Assembly (NCBI RefSeq): GCF_000025665.1
Contig: NC_013926.1
Coordinates: 420,001-452,000 of the forward strand
From: Aciduliprofundum boonei T469
GTDB taxonomy: Archaea > Thermoplasmatota > Thermoplasmata > Thermoplasmatales > Aciduliprofundaceae
Reading direction: 5' to 3'
Length of the DNA: 32,000 nucleotides
Positions 1 to 10,456 of the stretch are shown piece by piece (positions within the stretch are counted from its first letter, which is position 1; each line of letters starts with the position of its first letter). Position numbers and translations under genes: made by a program. Below the pieces are notes generated by a model. It was not told where the DNA came from, did no database searches, and saw only the letters and a program-made list of their open reading frames with translations.

Positions 1-1289
1 TGAGCAGAGAGTAATGTACCTATGGAGTATGTTGGGAAATATCCAATGGTGCCATGAGCCCAATGTATATCCTGCAAAATACCATCAGCATAGCTCTTGG
101 GTCTTATTCCCAGCAATTTTTCCATCTCATCGTTCCAAAGCTCAGGTAGATCCTTGGCTTTTATACCTTCATTGATCATTATCTTTTCAAGCTTGAATCT
201 AAGTAAGATATGGAAATTATAGGTAACCACATCTGCCTCCGTTCTTATGAAATCAGGCCTAACTATGTTGAAATAATTGTAAATATCCCTGGGCGTATAA
301 TCCTTTATCTCTGGCAAGTTCTCTTGCAATATGGGATAAATCAACTCTGCAAACTCCACGCTTCTCCCAATTATATTTTCCCAAAATCTGCTCTGACTTT
401 CGTGAATTCCCAAAGAAACCCCGCCGCGAATTGGTGAGAACATAAAGCGCTCGTCCTGCTGAAGCTCATAGAGGGCATGGCCGAATTCATGCACGGTGGA
501 TAGTATTGTTCTCCTAAAATCAATACCTTCATACCTTGTGGTTATGCGCACATCTTTAATTCCAAATTCTGTAGTGAAGGGATGTGGCGAGATATCTATC
601 CTTGAACGCTTCCCAAGAGGAAATCCAAAGAGCTTCAAAATTTCTTTATTCACCTTCTCCATATTCTCCCTCTTGTATTCCAATTTTTCAAGAGGGTGCT
701 CTCTTGGAACCTTTCCCTCTTCGAGTATTCTATCCAGCACGGGCTTCAATTCCTTCTCAAGTTTTTCAAACATTGCATTTACTTCATCCGTAGTCAAGCC
801 CTCTTCAAACAAATCTAAGAGAGCATCGTAAGGATACTTTTCGTAGCCAAGATAATCCGCACCTTTCTTGGCAAGTTCCATTATCTTATCTAACCACGGA
901 GCAAACTTATCATAATCATTCTTTTCCTTCGCTTCTGTCCAAGCAGCAGTTGCTTTGCTCGTTGTCTCACTTAACTCTCTCAAGAATTCTGGTGGGAAAG
1001 AGCTGCTTATTCTTATCTCTCTCTTCAAAACCCTAACAACTCCCTTCTCGTACTCATTCAATCCTTCTAAGCCATCCGCTTTATTAACAAGCTCCACAAA
1101 CTTCGGTGCGAGGAGAGTCTCCTGCTGCATAACGGATAGCTCCCCTTGAGCAACACTTCTCTCCGTTATTCCCTCCTTCGGCATATTTACCTCCATATCC
1201 CAACCAAGAACACTCTGGGCATGGCCAATTGCCCAAATTCTCCTGTACTTTTCAATTATTTCTTTGATAACTTCATTCTCAAAGACCAT
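1..1289 (-). CDS. M32 (Taq-type) metallocarboxypeptidase, partial (C-terminus beyond window start)
   Basis: Not in the ORF track because it runs off the window edge. My reverse-complement translation from the ATG (complement of 1287-1289) reads MVFENEVIKEIIEKYRRIWAIGHAQSVLGWDMEV...STVHEFGHALYELQ...GIHESQSRFWEN...FIRTEADVVTYNFHI...GILQDIHWAHGTIGYFPTYSIG with no stop down to position 1. It carries the HEFGH zinc motif plus the HESQ, IRxEAD and QDxHW motifs typical of family M32. Confidence 0.85.
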   Translation of the reverse strand, partial: MVFENEVIKEIIEKYRRIWAIGHAQSVLGWDMEVNMPKEGITERSVAQGELSVMQQETLLAPKFVELVNKADGLEGLNEYEKGVVRVLKREIRISSSFPPEFLRELSETTSKATAAWTEAKEKNDYDKFAPWLDKIMELAKKGADYLGYEKYPYDALLDLFEEGLTTDEVNAMFEKLEKELKPVLDRILEEGKVPREHPLEKLEYKRENMEKVNKEILKLFGFPLGKRSRIDISPHPFTTEFGIKDVRITTRYEGIDFRRTILSTVHEFGHALYELQQDERFMFSPIRGGVSLGIHESQSRFWENIIGRSVEFAELIYPILQENLPEIKDYTPRDIYNYFNIVRPDFIRTEADVVTYNFHILLRFKLEKIMINEGIKAKDLPELWNDEMEKLLGIRPKSYADGILQDIHWAHGTIGYFPTYSIGTLLSA

Positions 1290-1371
1290 TTGAATCACCA
1301 TGCAACAATCTCCTTCAAATTAATAAACTTCACTCTTGCTATAATTTGGCATGCTATTATTTATCTATGGA

Positions 1372-1379
1372 AATATTTA
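1372..1379 (+). promoter_or_regulatory. TATA-like box (aatattta) for the aminotransferase gene
   Basis: This A/T octamer is centred about 30 nt upstream of the ATG at 1406, which implies a leader of a few nt at most. Confidence 0.4.
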
Positions 1380-1405
1380 ATTCCCTGCATATCTTCTCTA
1401 TACTC

Positions 1406-2530
1406 ATGTTCTCAGACAGAGTGCTCAATATTGAACTCTCAGGCATAAGAAAGATTTTTGATATGGCCCAAGGAGAAGTTATAAACCTCGGCCTTGGAGA
1501 ACCAGATTTTCAACCACCACCGGAGGCAATGGATGCCATAAGAGAGGCCGTTGAGAAAGGGTACAATAAATACGGGCCCTCTAAGGGATTTCCACAACTT
1601 AGGGAAGCTTTAGCTCAAAAGTTTGAGAAATATGCAGATATCACTGCAGAGAATGTTCTAGTCACTGTTGGTGCCACAGAGGGTATGCTAGCTGCCATGC
1701 TGAGCTTGATAAATCCAGGAGATGAGGTCCTTTATCCCAATCCCGGATTCGTGCTTTACAAACCCCACACGATAATAGCCGGTGGCAAGCCTGTGAATTA
1801 TCCCCTTTTGCAGGAGAATGAATTCGTGCCAACGCAGGAGGATTTGCAGGATAGAATTACCAAAAAAACTAAGGCAATAATAGTGAATTATCCAAACAAT
1901 CCCACTGGGGGAGTTTTAAATGATGAGAATATCAAGATGATAATCGATTTAGCAGAGGATAACGACTTGATAATAATTTCGGATGAGGTTTATTTCAACA
2001 TAACTTATAATGGTGAGCCAAGAACATTCTTGGGCAAATACGATAAGCTCATATTCTTGAACTCATTCTCAAAAGAATTCGCAATGACCGGTTGGCGCCT
2101 TGGATATATAATCGCACCTAAAGAGTACGTTGAGCAGATTGGAAAAATTCATTACTACACGGTTGCTTGTCCCCAGAGTCCAATTGAATACGCAGCCCTA
2201 ACTGCATTGGATAAGAGCGGTTATTACTCTAAAATGATGGTTGAGAAGTTCAAAAGACGCAGAGATTTAATTTACGAGCTTCTAAGCAAGATGGATGGAG
2301 TGAAGCCAAATTTACCAAAGGGTGCATTTTACATATTTCCAAAGATTGAATTGGATGCAAATCCAGTGGACATTGTTAAAGGTGTGGTTAAGAACGGCGT
2401 GCTTTGCACACCCGGCGAGGCATTTGGAGATATGGGTAAAGAGCACATAAGATTCTCTTACGCAGCAAGCGAGGAAGACATAAAGAAGGGTATGGAAATA
2501 TTTGACTCTGTACTCGATAAGTATAGGTAA
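1406..2530 (+). CDS. Class I/II PLP-dependent aminotransferase (aspartate/aromatic type)
   Basis: ORF 1346..2530. I prefer the internal ATG at 1406 (MFSDRVLNIELSGIRKIF..., a typical N-terminus). It has the PLP-lysine motif NSFSKEFAMTGWRLGY and NPTG. A TATA-like box lies at 1372-1379. Confidence 0.9.
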   Translation: MFSDRVLNIELSGIRKIFDMAQGEVINLGLGEPDFQPPPEAMDAIREAVEKGYNKYGPSKGFPQLREALAQKFEKYADITAENVLVTVGATEGMLAAMLSLINPGDEVLYPNPGFVLYKPHTIIAGGKPVNYPLLQENEFVPTQEDLQDRITKKTKAIIVNYPNNPTGGVLNDENIKMIIDLAEDNDLIIISDEVYFNITYNGEPRTFLGKYDKLIFLNSFSKEFAMTGWRLGYIIAPKEYVEQIGKIHYYTVACPQSPIEYAALTALDKSGYYSKMMVEKFKRRRDLIYELLSKMDGVKPNLPKGAFYIFPKIELDANPVDIVKGVVKNGVLCTPGEAFGDMGKEHIRFSYAASEEDIKKGMEIFDSVLDKYR

Positions 2531-2580
2531 GCATAACGAACTCTTATATTCCCTTTTTCCATGCCATCTTTGGTGATAAT

Positions 2581-4461
2581 ATGGAAGGTTATGGTAAGAT
2601 TTTGAGGGTTAATCTGAGCACTGGAGAGATAAAAAAGGAGGATATCCCTCCCAGCATCGCAAGAAAGTTTCTCGGAGGGCTTGGAATTGCCGCTTATTAT
2701 CTTTATAAGGAAGTACCCAAGGGTGCAGATGCACTGGGCGAAGAGAATAAAATCTTCATAGCCCCAGGATTGCTGACCCCCTACGGAATTCCAACTGCAT
2801 CTAAAACCACAATGACTTCAAAATCCCCACTAACTGGTGGGTTTGGCAGGAGTGTTGTTGGTGCTCCAATGGGTGTAGAGCTCAGCAAGGCAGGATATTC
2901 CCTTCTCATTATCGAGGGAAAGAGCGACAAACCCGTTATTTTGAGAATTGAAGACGATGAGGTCTCTATTGATGACGGCTCAGAACTCTGGGGAATGACA
3001 ACGAAGGAAGCACAGAAGAAATTAAAGGAAAAATATGGAAAGGTTAAAACAGCCGTAATAGGCCCCGCTGGTGAGAATTTAAGCAAGATAAGCGGAATTG
3101 ATTTCGAAGAGAGACAGGCAGCCAGAAACGGCTTAGGAGCTGTTTGGGGAAGCAAGAAACTAAAGGGACTGGTTGTAAAGGGTACAAAGAAACCAAAGGC
3201 ATACGATGAGGGTGCACTTCGCAAGCTCATAGCAAAATGGGCCAAGATAATAAAAGATCATCCCGCAACAAAGGATGATATGGGTTATGGAAGCGGAGAA
3301 TTTCTGCGCTGGATGAACCTTGAGCGTGGAACATTCCCAACTAGGAACTGGCAGTGGGGTTATTTCCAGAGTTTTTACGATAAGGCAAAAGAAGGAGAGT
3401 TACTGGGTATAGACCCATACTACTGGGTACCTAAATTTAGAAGCGGAAGAAATCCATGCCCGAATTGTACAAAGCCGTGCTCACAGGTGTTCAAACTCAC
3501 AAAATACAGACCAGGAGAGGAAATAGACGGGCCAGAATACGAGACCCTTTACTCGTTAGGAGGAGAATTGGAAATAGATGACCCTGAGGCTGTGGCATAC
3601 CTGAATCTCCTGTGCGATGAATACGGCTTGGATACAATATCCGCTGGCGTAACAATAGGATGGGCAATGGAAGCATACGAAAAGGGATTGCTCACCAAGG
3701 AAGATACTGATGGTTTAGAGCTCAAATTTGGAAATGTGGAGGCAGCAGCTGAGGCGCTTCGCAAGATGGCTTATCGTGAGGGGAAACTTGGAGAGCTCCT
3801 TGCAGATGGTAGCAAAGTTGCAAGCGAGAAATTGGGTAAGGAGAGCTACAAATTTGCCATACATGTCAAGGGCCAAGAGCTACCAGCTTACGATGTTCGC
3901 GGCATAAAGGGGATGGCCCTCGCTATTGCCGTATCTTACAGGGGCGCTTGCCACCTAACTGCTGGAATATACGGCACAGAGCTCGTGGGCAAGTGGTGGA
4001 AATTTGACGGAATAGATAGATTAAGTGCAGAGAACAAAGGGTTTGAGGTTAAAACTCACGAAGATTTGATGCAGGTTTATGATGCTCTCGGCATCTGCAA
4101 GTTCTCCCGTCATATGTACTTCCTAGAAGGATTTCCAGAGTTAGTGCATGCAGTCACTGGCTTTGATATGAGCTATGCAGAGCTTATGGTTATTGGAGAG
4201 CGCATATACAATGTGGCCCGCGCCTTCAATGCCCGCGAAGGATTTACCCGCAAGGATGATACCCTGCCATGGCGCATTCTCCATGAGCCCATACCAAAGG
4301 GCAAGAGTGCTGGTGCCTATGTAAAGCCAAAGGAACTGGAACATATGCTTGACGAGTACTATCAGGCGAGAGGCTGGAGCGAAGAGGGCATACCAACCAA
4401 AGCGAAACTGGTATCTTTGGATTTGGATGATATCGCCGAGGAAGTGGGCGTAGGTCATTAA
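2581..4461 (+). CDS. aor: Aldehyde:ferredoxin oxidoreductase (tungstopterin AOR family)
   Basis: 626 aa. The N-terminus MEGYGKILRVNLSTGEI is typical of AOR family proteins, and the length and general pattern fit throughout (GLGIAAYYLY, EYETLYSLGG, LCDEYGLDTIS, GICKF). Confidence 0.92.
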   Translation: MEGYGKILRVNLSTGEIKKEDIPPSIARKFLGGLGIAAYYLYKEVPKGADALGEENKIFIAPGLLTPYGIPTASKTTMTSKSPLTGGFGRSVVGAPMGVELSKAGYSLLIIEGKSDKPVILRIEDDEVSIDDGSELWGMTTKEAQKKLKEKYGKVKTAVIGPAGENLSKISGIDFEERQAARNGLGAVWGSKKLKGLVVKGTKKPKAYDEGALRKLIAKWAKIIKDHPATKDDMGYGSGEFLRWMNLERGTFPTRNWQWGYFQSFYDKAKEGELLGIDPYYWVPKFRSGRNPCPNCTKPCSQVFKLTKYRPGEEIDGPEYETLYSLGGELEIDDPEAVAYLNLLCDEYGLDTISAGVTIGWAMEAYEKGLLTKEDTDGLELKFGNVEAAAEALRKMAYREGKLGELLADGSKVASEKLGKESYKFAIHVKGQELPAYDVRGIKGMALAIAVSYRGACHLTAGIYGTELVGKWWKFDGIDRLSAENKGFEVKTHEDLMQVYDALGICKFSRHMYFLEGFPELVHAVTGFDMSYAELMVIGERIYNVARAFNAREGFTRKDDTLPWRILHEPIPKGKSAGAYVKPKELEHMLDEYYQARGWSEEGIPTKAKLVSLDLDDIAEEVGVGH

Positions 4462-4480
4462 TTTCCTTTTTTCTTATTTT
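4462..4480 (+). terminator. Oligo-T tract after the AOR gene
   Basis: tttccttttttcttatttt directly follows the TAA at 4459-4461. Archaeal intrinsic termination uses oligo-T runs. Confidence 0.45.
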
Positions 4481-4492
4481 CAAAAATAGAAA

Positions 4493-4500
4493 GTTAAATA
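4493..4500 (+). promoter_or_regulatory. TATA-like box (gttaaata) for the DDAH-like gene
   Basis: It is centred about 26 nt upstream of the ATG at 4522, and no SD is present, so the transcript is probably leaderless. Confidence 0.45.
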
Positions 4501-4521
4501 CCCGCAAAACCATAATCCCCT

Positions 4522-5337
4522 ATGCTCAAGGGAATATTTCACGATGGAAAGGCGTTGAGAAGGGTAATTGTGAGCCCCCCTGAAAAGGAGTATTTTAAGG
4601 TTGAAAATTTAGAAGAGCACAATATTATGGAGAGAGCAAATGTAAATGAGGCAAGAGAGCAGCATAAAAAATTGAGAGAAATTATGCGCATAGCAGGTGC
4701 TGAGGTAATTGAGGTTAAAGAATTAGAGGGGCATCCAAACTCCGTTTTCACAATGGACACGGCATTATCCTTGGGGGACTCATACATCAAGTTGAGAATG
4801 GGACTTCCAGCGAGAAGGGGAGAAGAGGAATGGATGGGCAAGATTTTGGAAAATTTTGGGTTGGAGAGAGAGGGAGAGGTAAAAGCTCCCGGCACTGCTG
4901 AGGGTGGGGATTTAATACCCGCATATCCTATTTTCTTCATAGGACGCTCTACGAGGACAAATAAGGAAGGAGCAGCACAAATTGCAAAAATCGTAGAAGA
5001 ATTGGGGTATGAAGCAAGGATAATCAAAGTTCCAGATTTGCATCTTCATCTTGGTGGAGCAATGACATTGATAGGAGAGGATAAAATCCTAGCTTGTAAT
5101 TACATACCAAGAAATTTGCTAAAGGGATTTGATGTAATATGGCTTAATTGCAGTTCTTTCATTTCGGGAAATGTTATTTATTTAGGCAATGAAAAAGTAA
5201 TCGTGGAGAGAAGGAATGAGGAGGCAAGAAAGAAATTGGAAAAGGAGGGTTATGAAATATTCACCTTGGACCTCTCAGAGTTCGTGAAGGGCTCTGGTGG
5301 TCCCTCCTGCTTGATTCTCTCTTTGGAGAGAGGCTAA
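4522..5337 (+). CDS. Amidinotransferase-fold enzyme (DDAH / arginine deiminase-like, guanidino-group modifying superfamily)
   Basis: 271 aa with TAEGGDL, GRSTRTN and HLHLGG, plus a C-terminal GSGGPSCLILS carrying the catalytic-type Cys. This pattern matches the dimethylarginine dimethylaminohydrolase family. Confidence 0.7.
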   Translation: MLKGIFHDGKALRRVIVSPPEKEYFKVENLEEHNIMERANVNEAREQHKKLREIMRIAGAEVIEVKELEGHPNSVFTMDTALSLGDSYIKLRMGLPARRGEEEWMGKILENFGLEREGEVKAPGTAEGGDLIPAYPIFFIGRSTRTNKEGAAQIAKIVEELGYEARIIKVPDLHLHLGGAMTLIGEDKILACNYIPRNLLKGFDVIWLNCSSFISGNVIYLGNEKVIVERRNEEARKKLEKEGYEIFTLDLSEFVKGSGGPSCLILSLERG

Positions 5338-5338
5338 A

Positions 5339-5346
5339 TTTTTTTA
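5339..5346 (+). promoter_or_regulatory. T/A-rich box (ttttttta) upstream of cysS; may double as an oligo-T terminator for the upstream gene
   Basis: It is centred about 26 nt upstream of the ATG at 5368. The T7 run begins 2 nt after the upstream stop codon (5335-5337). Confidence 0.4.
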
Positions 5347-5367
5347 CCCTAAAGGCCATGCAAGGAT

Positions 5368-6735
5368 ATGAAGATATATGATACTCTGAGCGGCGAGAAA
5401 AAGGAGTTTGTGCCTGTGCATGAGGGGCGTGTAGGTATATATGTGTGTGGTCCAACAACCTACGATTACGCTCATATTGGCCATGCTAGGCCCGCAATTT
5501 TATTTGATATTTTTAGAAGATTCCTTGAATATATGGGTTATGATGTCATTTTAATTTCTAACATAACAGATGTGGATGATAAAATAATCAACAAGGCAAA
5601 TGAATTAGGAAAAGACCCTATAGAGATGGCCCATTACTATGCGAGAGAGTACTTGAAGGACATGGATGCATTGAGAGTTAGAAGAGCAAATATTATACCC
5701 AAGGCAACTAGGCACATTGAAGAGATTATCAATCTTATTAAAACTCTCGTGGATAAGGGCTATGCGTACGAAAGCGGGGGGGATGTCTATTTTTCTGTTA
5801 AAAAATTCAAAGATTACGGAAAATTATCCCATCGCAAAATAGAAGATATGCTTGCGGGAGCAAGGGTTGAGGTGAATGAGAAGAAAAGAGACCCCTTAGA
5901 TTTTGCTCTGTGGAAAGCCTCCAAACCGGGAGAGCCTTCTTGGCAATCCCCGTGGGGCTCTGGAAGGCCCGGATGGCACATAGAATGCAGTGCTATGAGC
6001 ATGAATTACCTAGGTCCAACTCTTGATATTCATGGTGGAGGAGCCGATTTAATTTTCCCCCATCATGAGAATGAAATAGCGCAAAGTGAGGCAGCCACGG
6101 GTAAGCCATTTTCAAAGTACTGGATGCATGTTGGCTTGGTAAGATTTGAGAAGGAGAAGATGAGCAAATCTATTGGCAATGTTTTCCTTATAAAAGATTT
6201 TCTCAAAAAATATCCTGCAGAGGTGCTGCGCTTGATGTACCTTAACTCTCATTACCGCAAGCCCTACGATTTTAGCGAGAAAAATATTGAAGAAGCTTTG
6301 CCCCTTTTAGAAAAAATTTGGAGCACTTACCAAATATTGAAAAATTCTGCAATGCAAGAAGAGCCTTCAGAGGAAGTTATAGAAGAAATAGATTCTGTAA
6401 GGAAGAAGATAATTGCTGCCTTAGAGGATGATTTCAATACAAGAGAAGCTATGAAAGAGTACCTATCCTTCATAAATTTTGCCAGAGAATTAAAGGGAGG
6501 AGATGCCCTCGCCGCTCTTAATTTCCTAAAAGAAATGGATGAAATCTTCGATATTCTGCCAAGGGGTGACAATGAAGGGAAAGAAAGTGAGCTTATTGAG
6601 CTTCTCCTAAATGTAAGGAATGAGGAGAGAAAGAGAAAGAATTATGAAATAGCGGATTACATAAGGGATGAGCTTGAAAAAATAGGGATAAAAATAGAAG
6701 ATACTAAAGAGGGTACGAAATGGTACAAGGTTTAA
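5368..6735 (+). CDS. cysS: Cysteinyl-tRNA synthetase
   Basis: 455 aa with the class I HIGH motif (YAHIGHAR), KMSKS, and the CysRS-typical YVCGPT and WHIECSAM. Confidence 0.95.
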   Translation: MKIYDTLSGEKKEFVPVHEGRVGIYVCGPTTYDYAHIGHARPAILFDIFRRFLEYMGYDVILISNITDVDDKIINKANELGKDPIEMAHYYAREYLKDMDALRVRRANIIPKATRHIEEIINLIKTLVDKGYAYESGGDVYFSVKKFKDYGKLSHRKIEDMLAGARVEVNEKKRDPLDFALWKASKPGEPSWQSPWGSGRPGWHIECSAMSMNYLGPTLDIHGGGADLIFPHHENEIAQSEAATGKPFSKYWMHVGLVRFEKEKMSKSIGNVFLIKDFLKKYPAEVLRLMYLNSHYRKPYDFSEKNIEEALPLLEKIWSTYQILKNSAMQEEPSEEVIEEIDSVRKKIIAALEDDFNTREAMKEYLSFINFARELKGGDALAALNFLKEMDEIFDILPRGDNEGKESELIELLLNVRNEERKRKNYEIADYIRDELEKIGIKIEDTKEGTKWYKV

Positions 6736-7724
6736 GCGTCCCTTATGCCCTCTTTAACAATTTTTATAACAACTTCCCCATCGGGTAAGGCAGGAGAGTC
6801 AATTAATCTCGCAATTCTCTTATTTCCCCTACTCTTTCGTAGATAAATTCTGTAGGTAGCTGTATGTCCAACTATGTTTCCCCCAATGGGCTGTGTGGGG
6901 TCTCCAAACATCATGCCAGGATTTGAAGATACCTGATTTGTGACTGCCACAACGGCATTGTTCAAATCTGCAAATTTTAGCAAATCGTGCATATGCTTAT
7001 TAAGCAACTGCTGCCTCTCTGCAAGGGAGCCCCGCCCGACATACTCTGCGCGGAAATGGGCTGTGAGGGAATCAACTATAAGGAGCCTAACAGGGTATTC
7101 CTTCGCCAATTCCATCGCTTTATCTACAAGCAATATTTGATGATTTGAGTTAAAGGCACGAGCAACATGTATCTTTTTTAACACCTCCACTGGATCCAAT
7201 TCCAAGGCCTCGGCCATCTGCTTTATTCTCTCAGGCCTAAATGTGTTTTCAGTGTCTATATAAACAGCATGGCCCTCCAATCCTCCCTTATCCTTTGGCA
7301 ATTGAACATTCACGGCAAGTTGATGCATGATTTGCGTTTTCCCAGAGCCAAATTCACCGAAAAACTCAGTTATGGCCTGTGTTTCTAACCCACCACCGAG
7401 AAGAGTATCAAAATCTGATGAGCCAGTTGTCAATTTTGTGACCTTTTTTCTGCGCTCGTAAATAACATCTCCAGTTTCAAAACTTCCCACATTAGCATAC
7501 TTCCTAGCAGCGAGTATTATCTTCTGAGCTACACCTTCCCCTATCCCAACTGTATCTGCTAGATCCTTGGGCGAGGCTACCGCCAACTCTATCAAATCCG
7601 TATAACCTGCCTCTCTTAATTTCTCAGCAGTGGTGGGTCCAACCCCAGGCAAATCCTCGAGAGTATATTCTTCCTTTTCCTCCTTCTTTTTTGCCAATAC
7701 AATCACCTTCAATATCCCATGCAC
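6732..7724 (-). CDS. radA: DNA repair and recombination protein RadA
   Basis: 330 aa with an N-terminal HhH ([20 protein letters not shown]), Walker [10 protein letters not shown], and Walker [13 protein letters not shown]. The start at 7724 is GTG. An alternative TTG start about 27 nt downstream, preceded by AGGTGA, is possible. Confidence 0.95.
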   Translation of the reverse strand: MHGILKVIVLAKKKEEKEEYTLEDLPGVGPTTAEKLREAGYTDLIELAVASPKDLADTVGIGEGVAQKIILAARKYANVGSFETGDVIYERRKKVTKLTTGSSDFDTLLGGGLETQAITEFFGEFGSGKTQIMHQLAVNVQLPKDKGGLEGHAVYIDTENTFRPERIKQMAEALELDPVEVLKKIHVARAFNSNHQILLVDKAMELAKEYPVRLLIVDSLTAHFRAEYVGRGSLAERQQLLNKHMHDLLKFADLNNAVVAVTNQVSSNPGMMFGDPTQPIGGNIVGHTATYRIYLRKSRGNKRIARLIDSPALPDGEVVIKIVKEGIRDA

Positions 7725-7742
7725 ACTCTTTTATTAATCTTT

Positions 7743-8741
<999 letters not shown>

Positions 8742-8834
8742 TTAAGCCCACCAATTCATAATCTCTTTAGCATATTAAATCTTTATCTTCGCAAATTTTA
8801 AATGTCTTAGGGGGATTTAGGCACGGTGAATAAG

Positions 8835-9950
8835 ATGGATAAGATAACAATAAGCTTGATTAAAGCGGATGTAGGAGGTTGGCCCGGACACTCCACCGTG
8901 CATCCAGATTTGATTGAAACTGCCAAAGAAGCTTTGCAGAAAGCAAAGGACGAGCACATTTTGGAAGATTTCCATGTGACAGGCGTAGGAGACGATTTGC
9001 AACTCATAATGACCCATCGTAAAGGTGTGGATAGTGAGGAAATCCACAAATTAGCATGGAACACCTTTGAGAAGGCAACCGCCGTGGCTAAAGAATTAAA
9101 ACTATATGGCGCTGGGCAGGACTTACTAAAGGATGCTTTTAGCGGGAACATAAGGGGTATGGGCCCAGGAATAGCAGAAATGGAAATAACGGAGAGGAAG
9201 AGCGAGCCAATTGTGGCTTTTATGATGGATAAAACAGAGCCGGGAGCTTTCAACTTACCCATATACAGAATATTTGCGGATCCATTTAATACAGCAGGAT
9301 TGGTAATTGACCCAAGTATGCACGATGGTTTCAAATTTGAAGTATGGGATATAATGGAGCACAAGAAAGTTATAATGCACTCTCCAAAAGAGATGTACGA
9401 TTTGCTCGCTTTGATAGGAGCGAAAAGCAGGTATGTCATAAAGAGAGTTTATGCTACCGAGAGCAATCCAAAGGTAAAGGGAGAGGTTGTAGCAGTGGTT
9501 AGCACAGAGAAACTCTACCAGATTGCAGGAGAGTACATTGGAAAGGATGACCCTGTGGCATTGGTTAGGGCACAGAGCGGTTGCCCAGCGTTGGGCGAGG
9601 TACTAGAGCCCTTTGCATTCCCCCACCTCGTATCAGGATGGATGCGTGGTTCTCACAACGGTCCTCTTATGCCCGTTAGCATAAAACAGGCACACTGCAC
9701 AAGATTTGATGGTCCACCAAGAGTTGCAGCATTAGGATTCCAAGTGGCAAATGGAAGGCTCGTTGGACCTGTGGATTTATTTGATGACCCCGCATTTGAT
9801 AGAGCCAGGGAAACTGCTCAATACATAGCCGACTACATGCGCCGCCATGGACCATTTGAACCCCACAGATTGCCACTGGAGGAAATGGAGTATACTACCT
9901 TACCAAAGGTTCTCACAAAACTCAAGGACAGGTTTGAAAAAATTCAATAA
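8835..9950 (+). CDS. fbp: Fructose-1,6-bisphosphate aldolase/phosphatase (class V FBPase)
   Basis: ORF 8826..9950 starts at GTG. I prefer the ATG at 8835, which is preceded by GGTGA. MDKITISLIKADVGGWPGHSTVHP is the characteristic N-terminus, and the length of about 370 aa fits. Confidence 0.93.
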   Translation: MDKITISLIKADVGGWPGHSTVHPDLIETAKEALQKAKDEHILEDFHVTGVGDDLQLIMTHRKGVDSEEIHKLAWNTFEKATAVAKELKLYGAGQDLLKDAFSGNIRGMGPGIAEMEITERKSEPIVAFMMDKTEPGAFNLPIYRIFADPFNTAGLVIDPSMHDGFKFEVWDIMEHKKVIMHSPKEMYDLLALIGAKSRYVIKRVYATESNPKVKGEVVAVVSTEKLYQIAGEYIGKDDPVALVRAQSGCPALGEVLEPFAFPHLVSGWMRGSHNGPLMPVSIKQAHCTRFDGPPRVAALGFQVANGRLVGPVDLFDDPAFDRARETAQYIADYMRRHGPFEPHRLPLEEMEYTTLPKVLTKLKDRFEKIQ

Positions 9951-9965
9951 CCCTTTTTTATTTTT
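9951..9965 (+). terminator. Oligo-T tracts after fbp
   Basis: ccctttttta ttttt (T6 then T5) directly follows the fbp stop codon. Confidence 0.45.
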
Positions 9966-9991
9966 AGGTTACCCGAAATTGTTTAATTAAG

Positions 9992-9999
9992 TTTAAATA
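9992..9999 (+). promoter_or_regulatory. TATA box (tttaaata) for the feo operon
   Basis: This near-consensus archaeal TATA is centred about 26 nt upstream of the GTG at 10021, so the transcript is probably leaderless. Confidence 0.5.
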
Positions 10000-10020
10000 T
10001 GCCCTCTCCATCCTTAACTC

Positions 10021-10452
10021 GTGAAATTGAGTGAGCTTAGGCCTGGAGAAACGGGCGTTGTAACAAAAGTTACGGGAACGGGAGCTATACATAGAAGGCT
10101 CTTAGCCATGGGTATACTTCCAGGCACTGTGATTCGGGTAGCCCGTTTATCTCCGTTTGGAGATCCTATTGAGTATGAAATAAGAGGGGTTTTTATATCT
10201 CTGAGGAGAAGCGAGGCCGAGTATGTTGAAATCGATAGAATTGTCCCTCTACATTTAATTCCTGCCGGGGAGAAAGTTAGAATTGTAATACTCGATGGAG
10301 GGATGAATTTCATAAGAAATATGGGGAGCATAGGAATTTCCCCGGGAAAAATTATTGAGATAATAAGCCCATGCTGTCCTATGCGAGTCAGAACTGAGCT
10401 GGGAGAATACTATGTTGGAAGGGGAGAGGCATATAGAATTTATGTGAGGTGA
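10021..10452 (+). CDS. feoA: FeoA-FeoA tandem-domain ferrous iron transport protein
   Basis: 143 aa, GTG start. It contains two FeoA-like SH3 modules: LRPGETGVVTKVTG...RRLLAMGILPGTVIRV and IPAGEKVRIVILDGG...IGISPGKIIEI. It lies directly upstream of feoB. Confidence 0.8.
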   Translation: MKLSELRPGETGVVTKVTGTGAIHRRLLAMGILPGTVIRVARLSPFGDPIEYEIRGVFISLRRSEAEYVEIDRIVPLHLIPAGEKVRIVILDGGMNFIRNMGSIGISPGKIIEIISPCCPMRVRTELGEYYVGRGEAYRIYVR

Positions 10453-10456
10453 TTTC

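Noticed and set aside
210-1448. Five plus-strand ORFs (210..437, 496..831, 584..793, 955..1149, 1146..1448)
   Set aside because: The minus strand across this whole region translates without a stop into an M32 carboxypeptidase with HEFGH and the other family motifs. The plus-strand ORFs are shadows.
2781-5027. Antisense ORFs 2781..3245, 3549..3764, 4141..4513 and 4539..5027
   Set aside because: They are all embedded opposite AOR or the DDAH-like gene and give low-complexity translations. I treat them as non-coding.
8807-9439. 210-aa ORF on the minus strand opposite fbp
   Set aside because: It lies entirely antisense to a strongly recognisable FBP aldolase/phosphatase. Its product is S/L/I/K-rich, of low complexity, and has no motifs. 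This is typical shadow-ORF behaviour.
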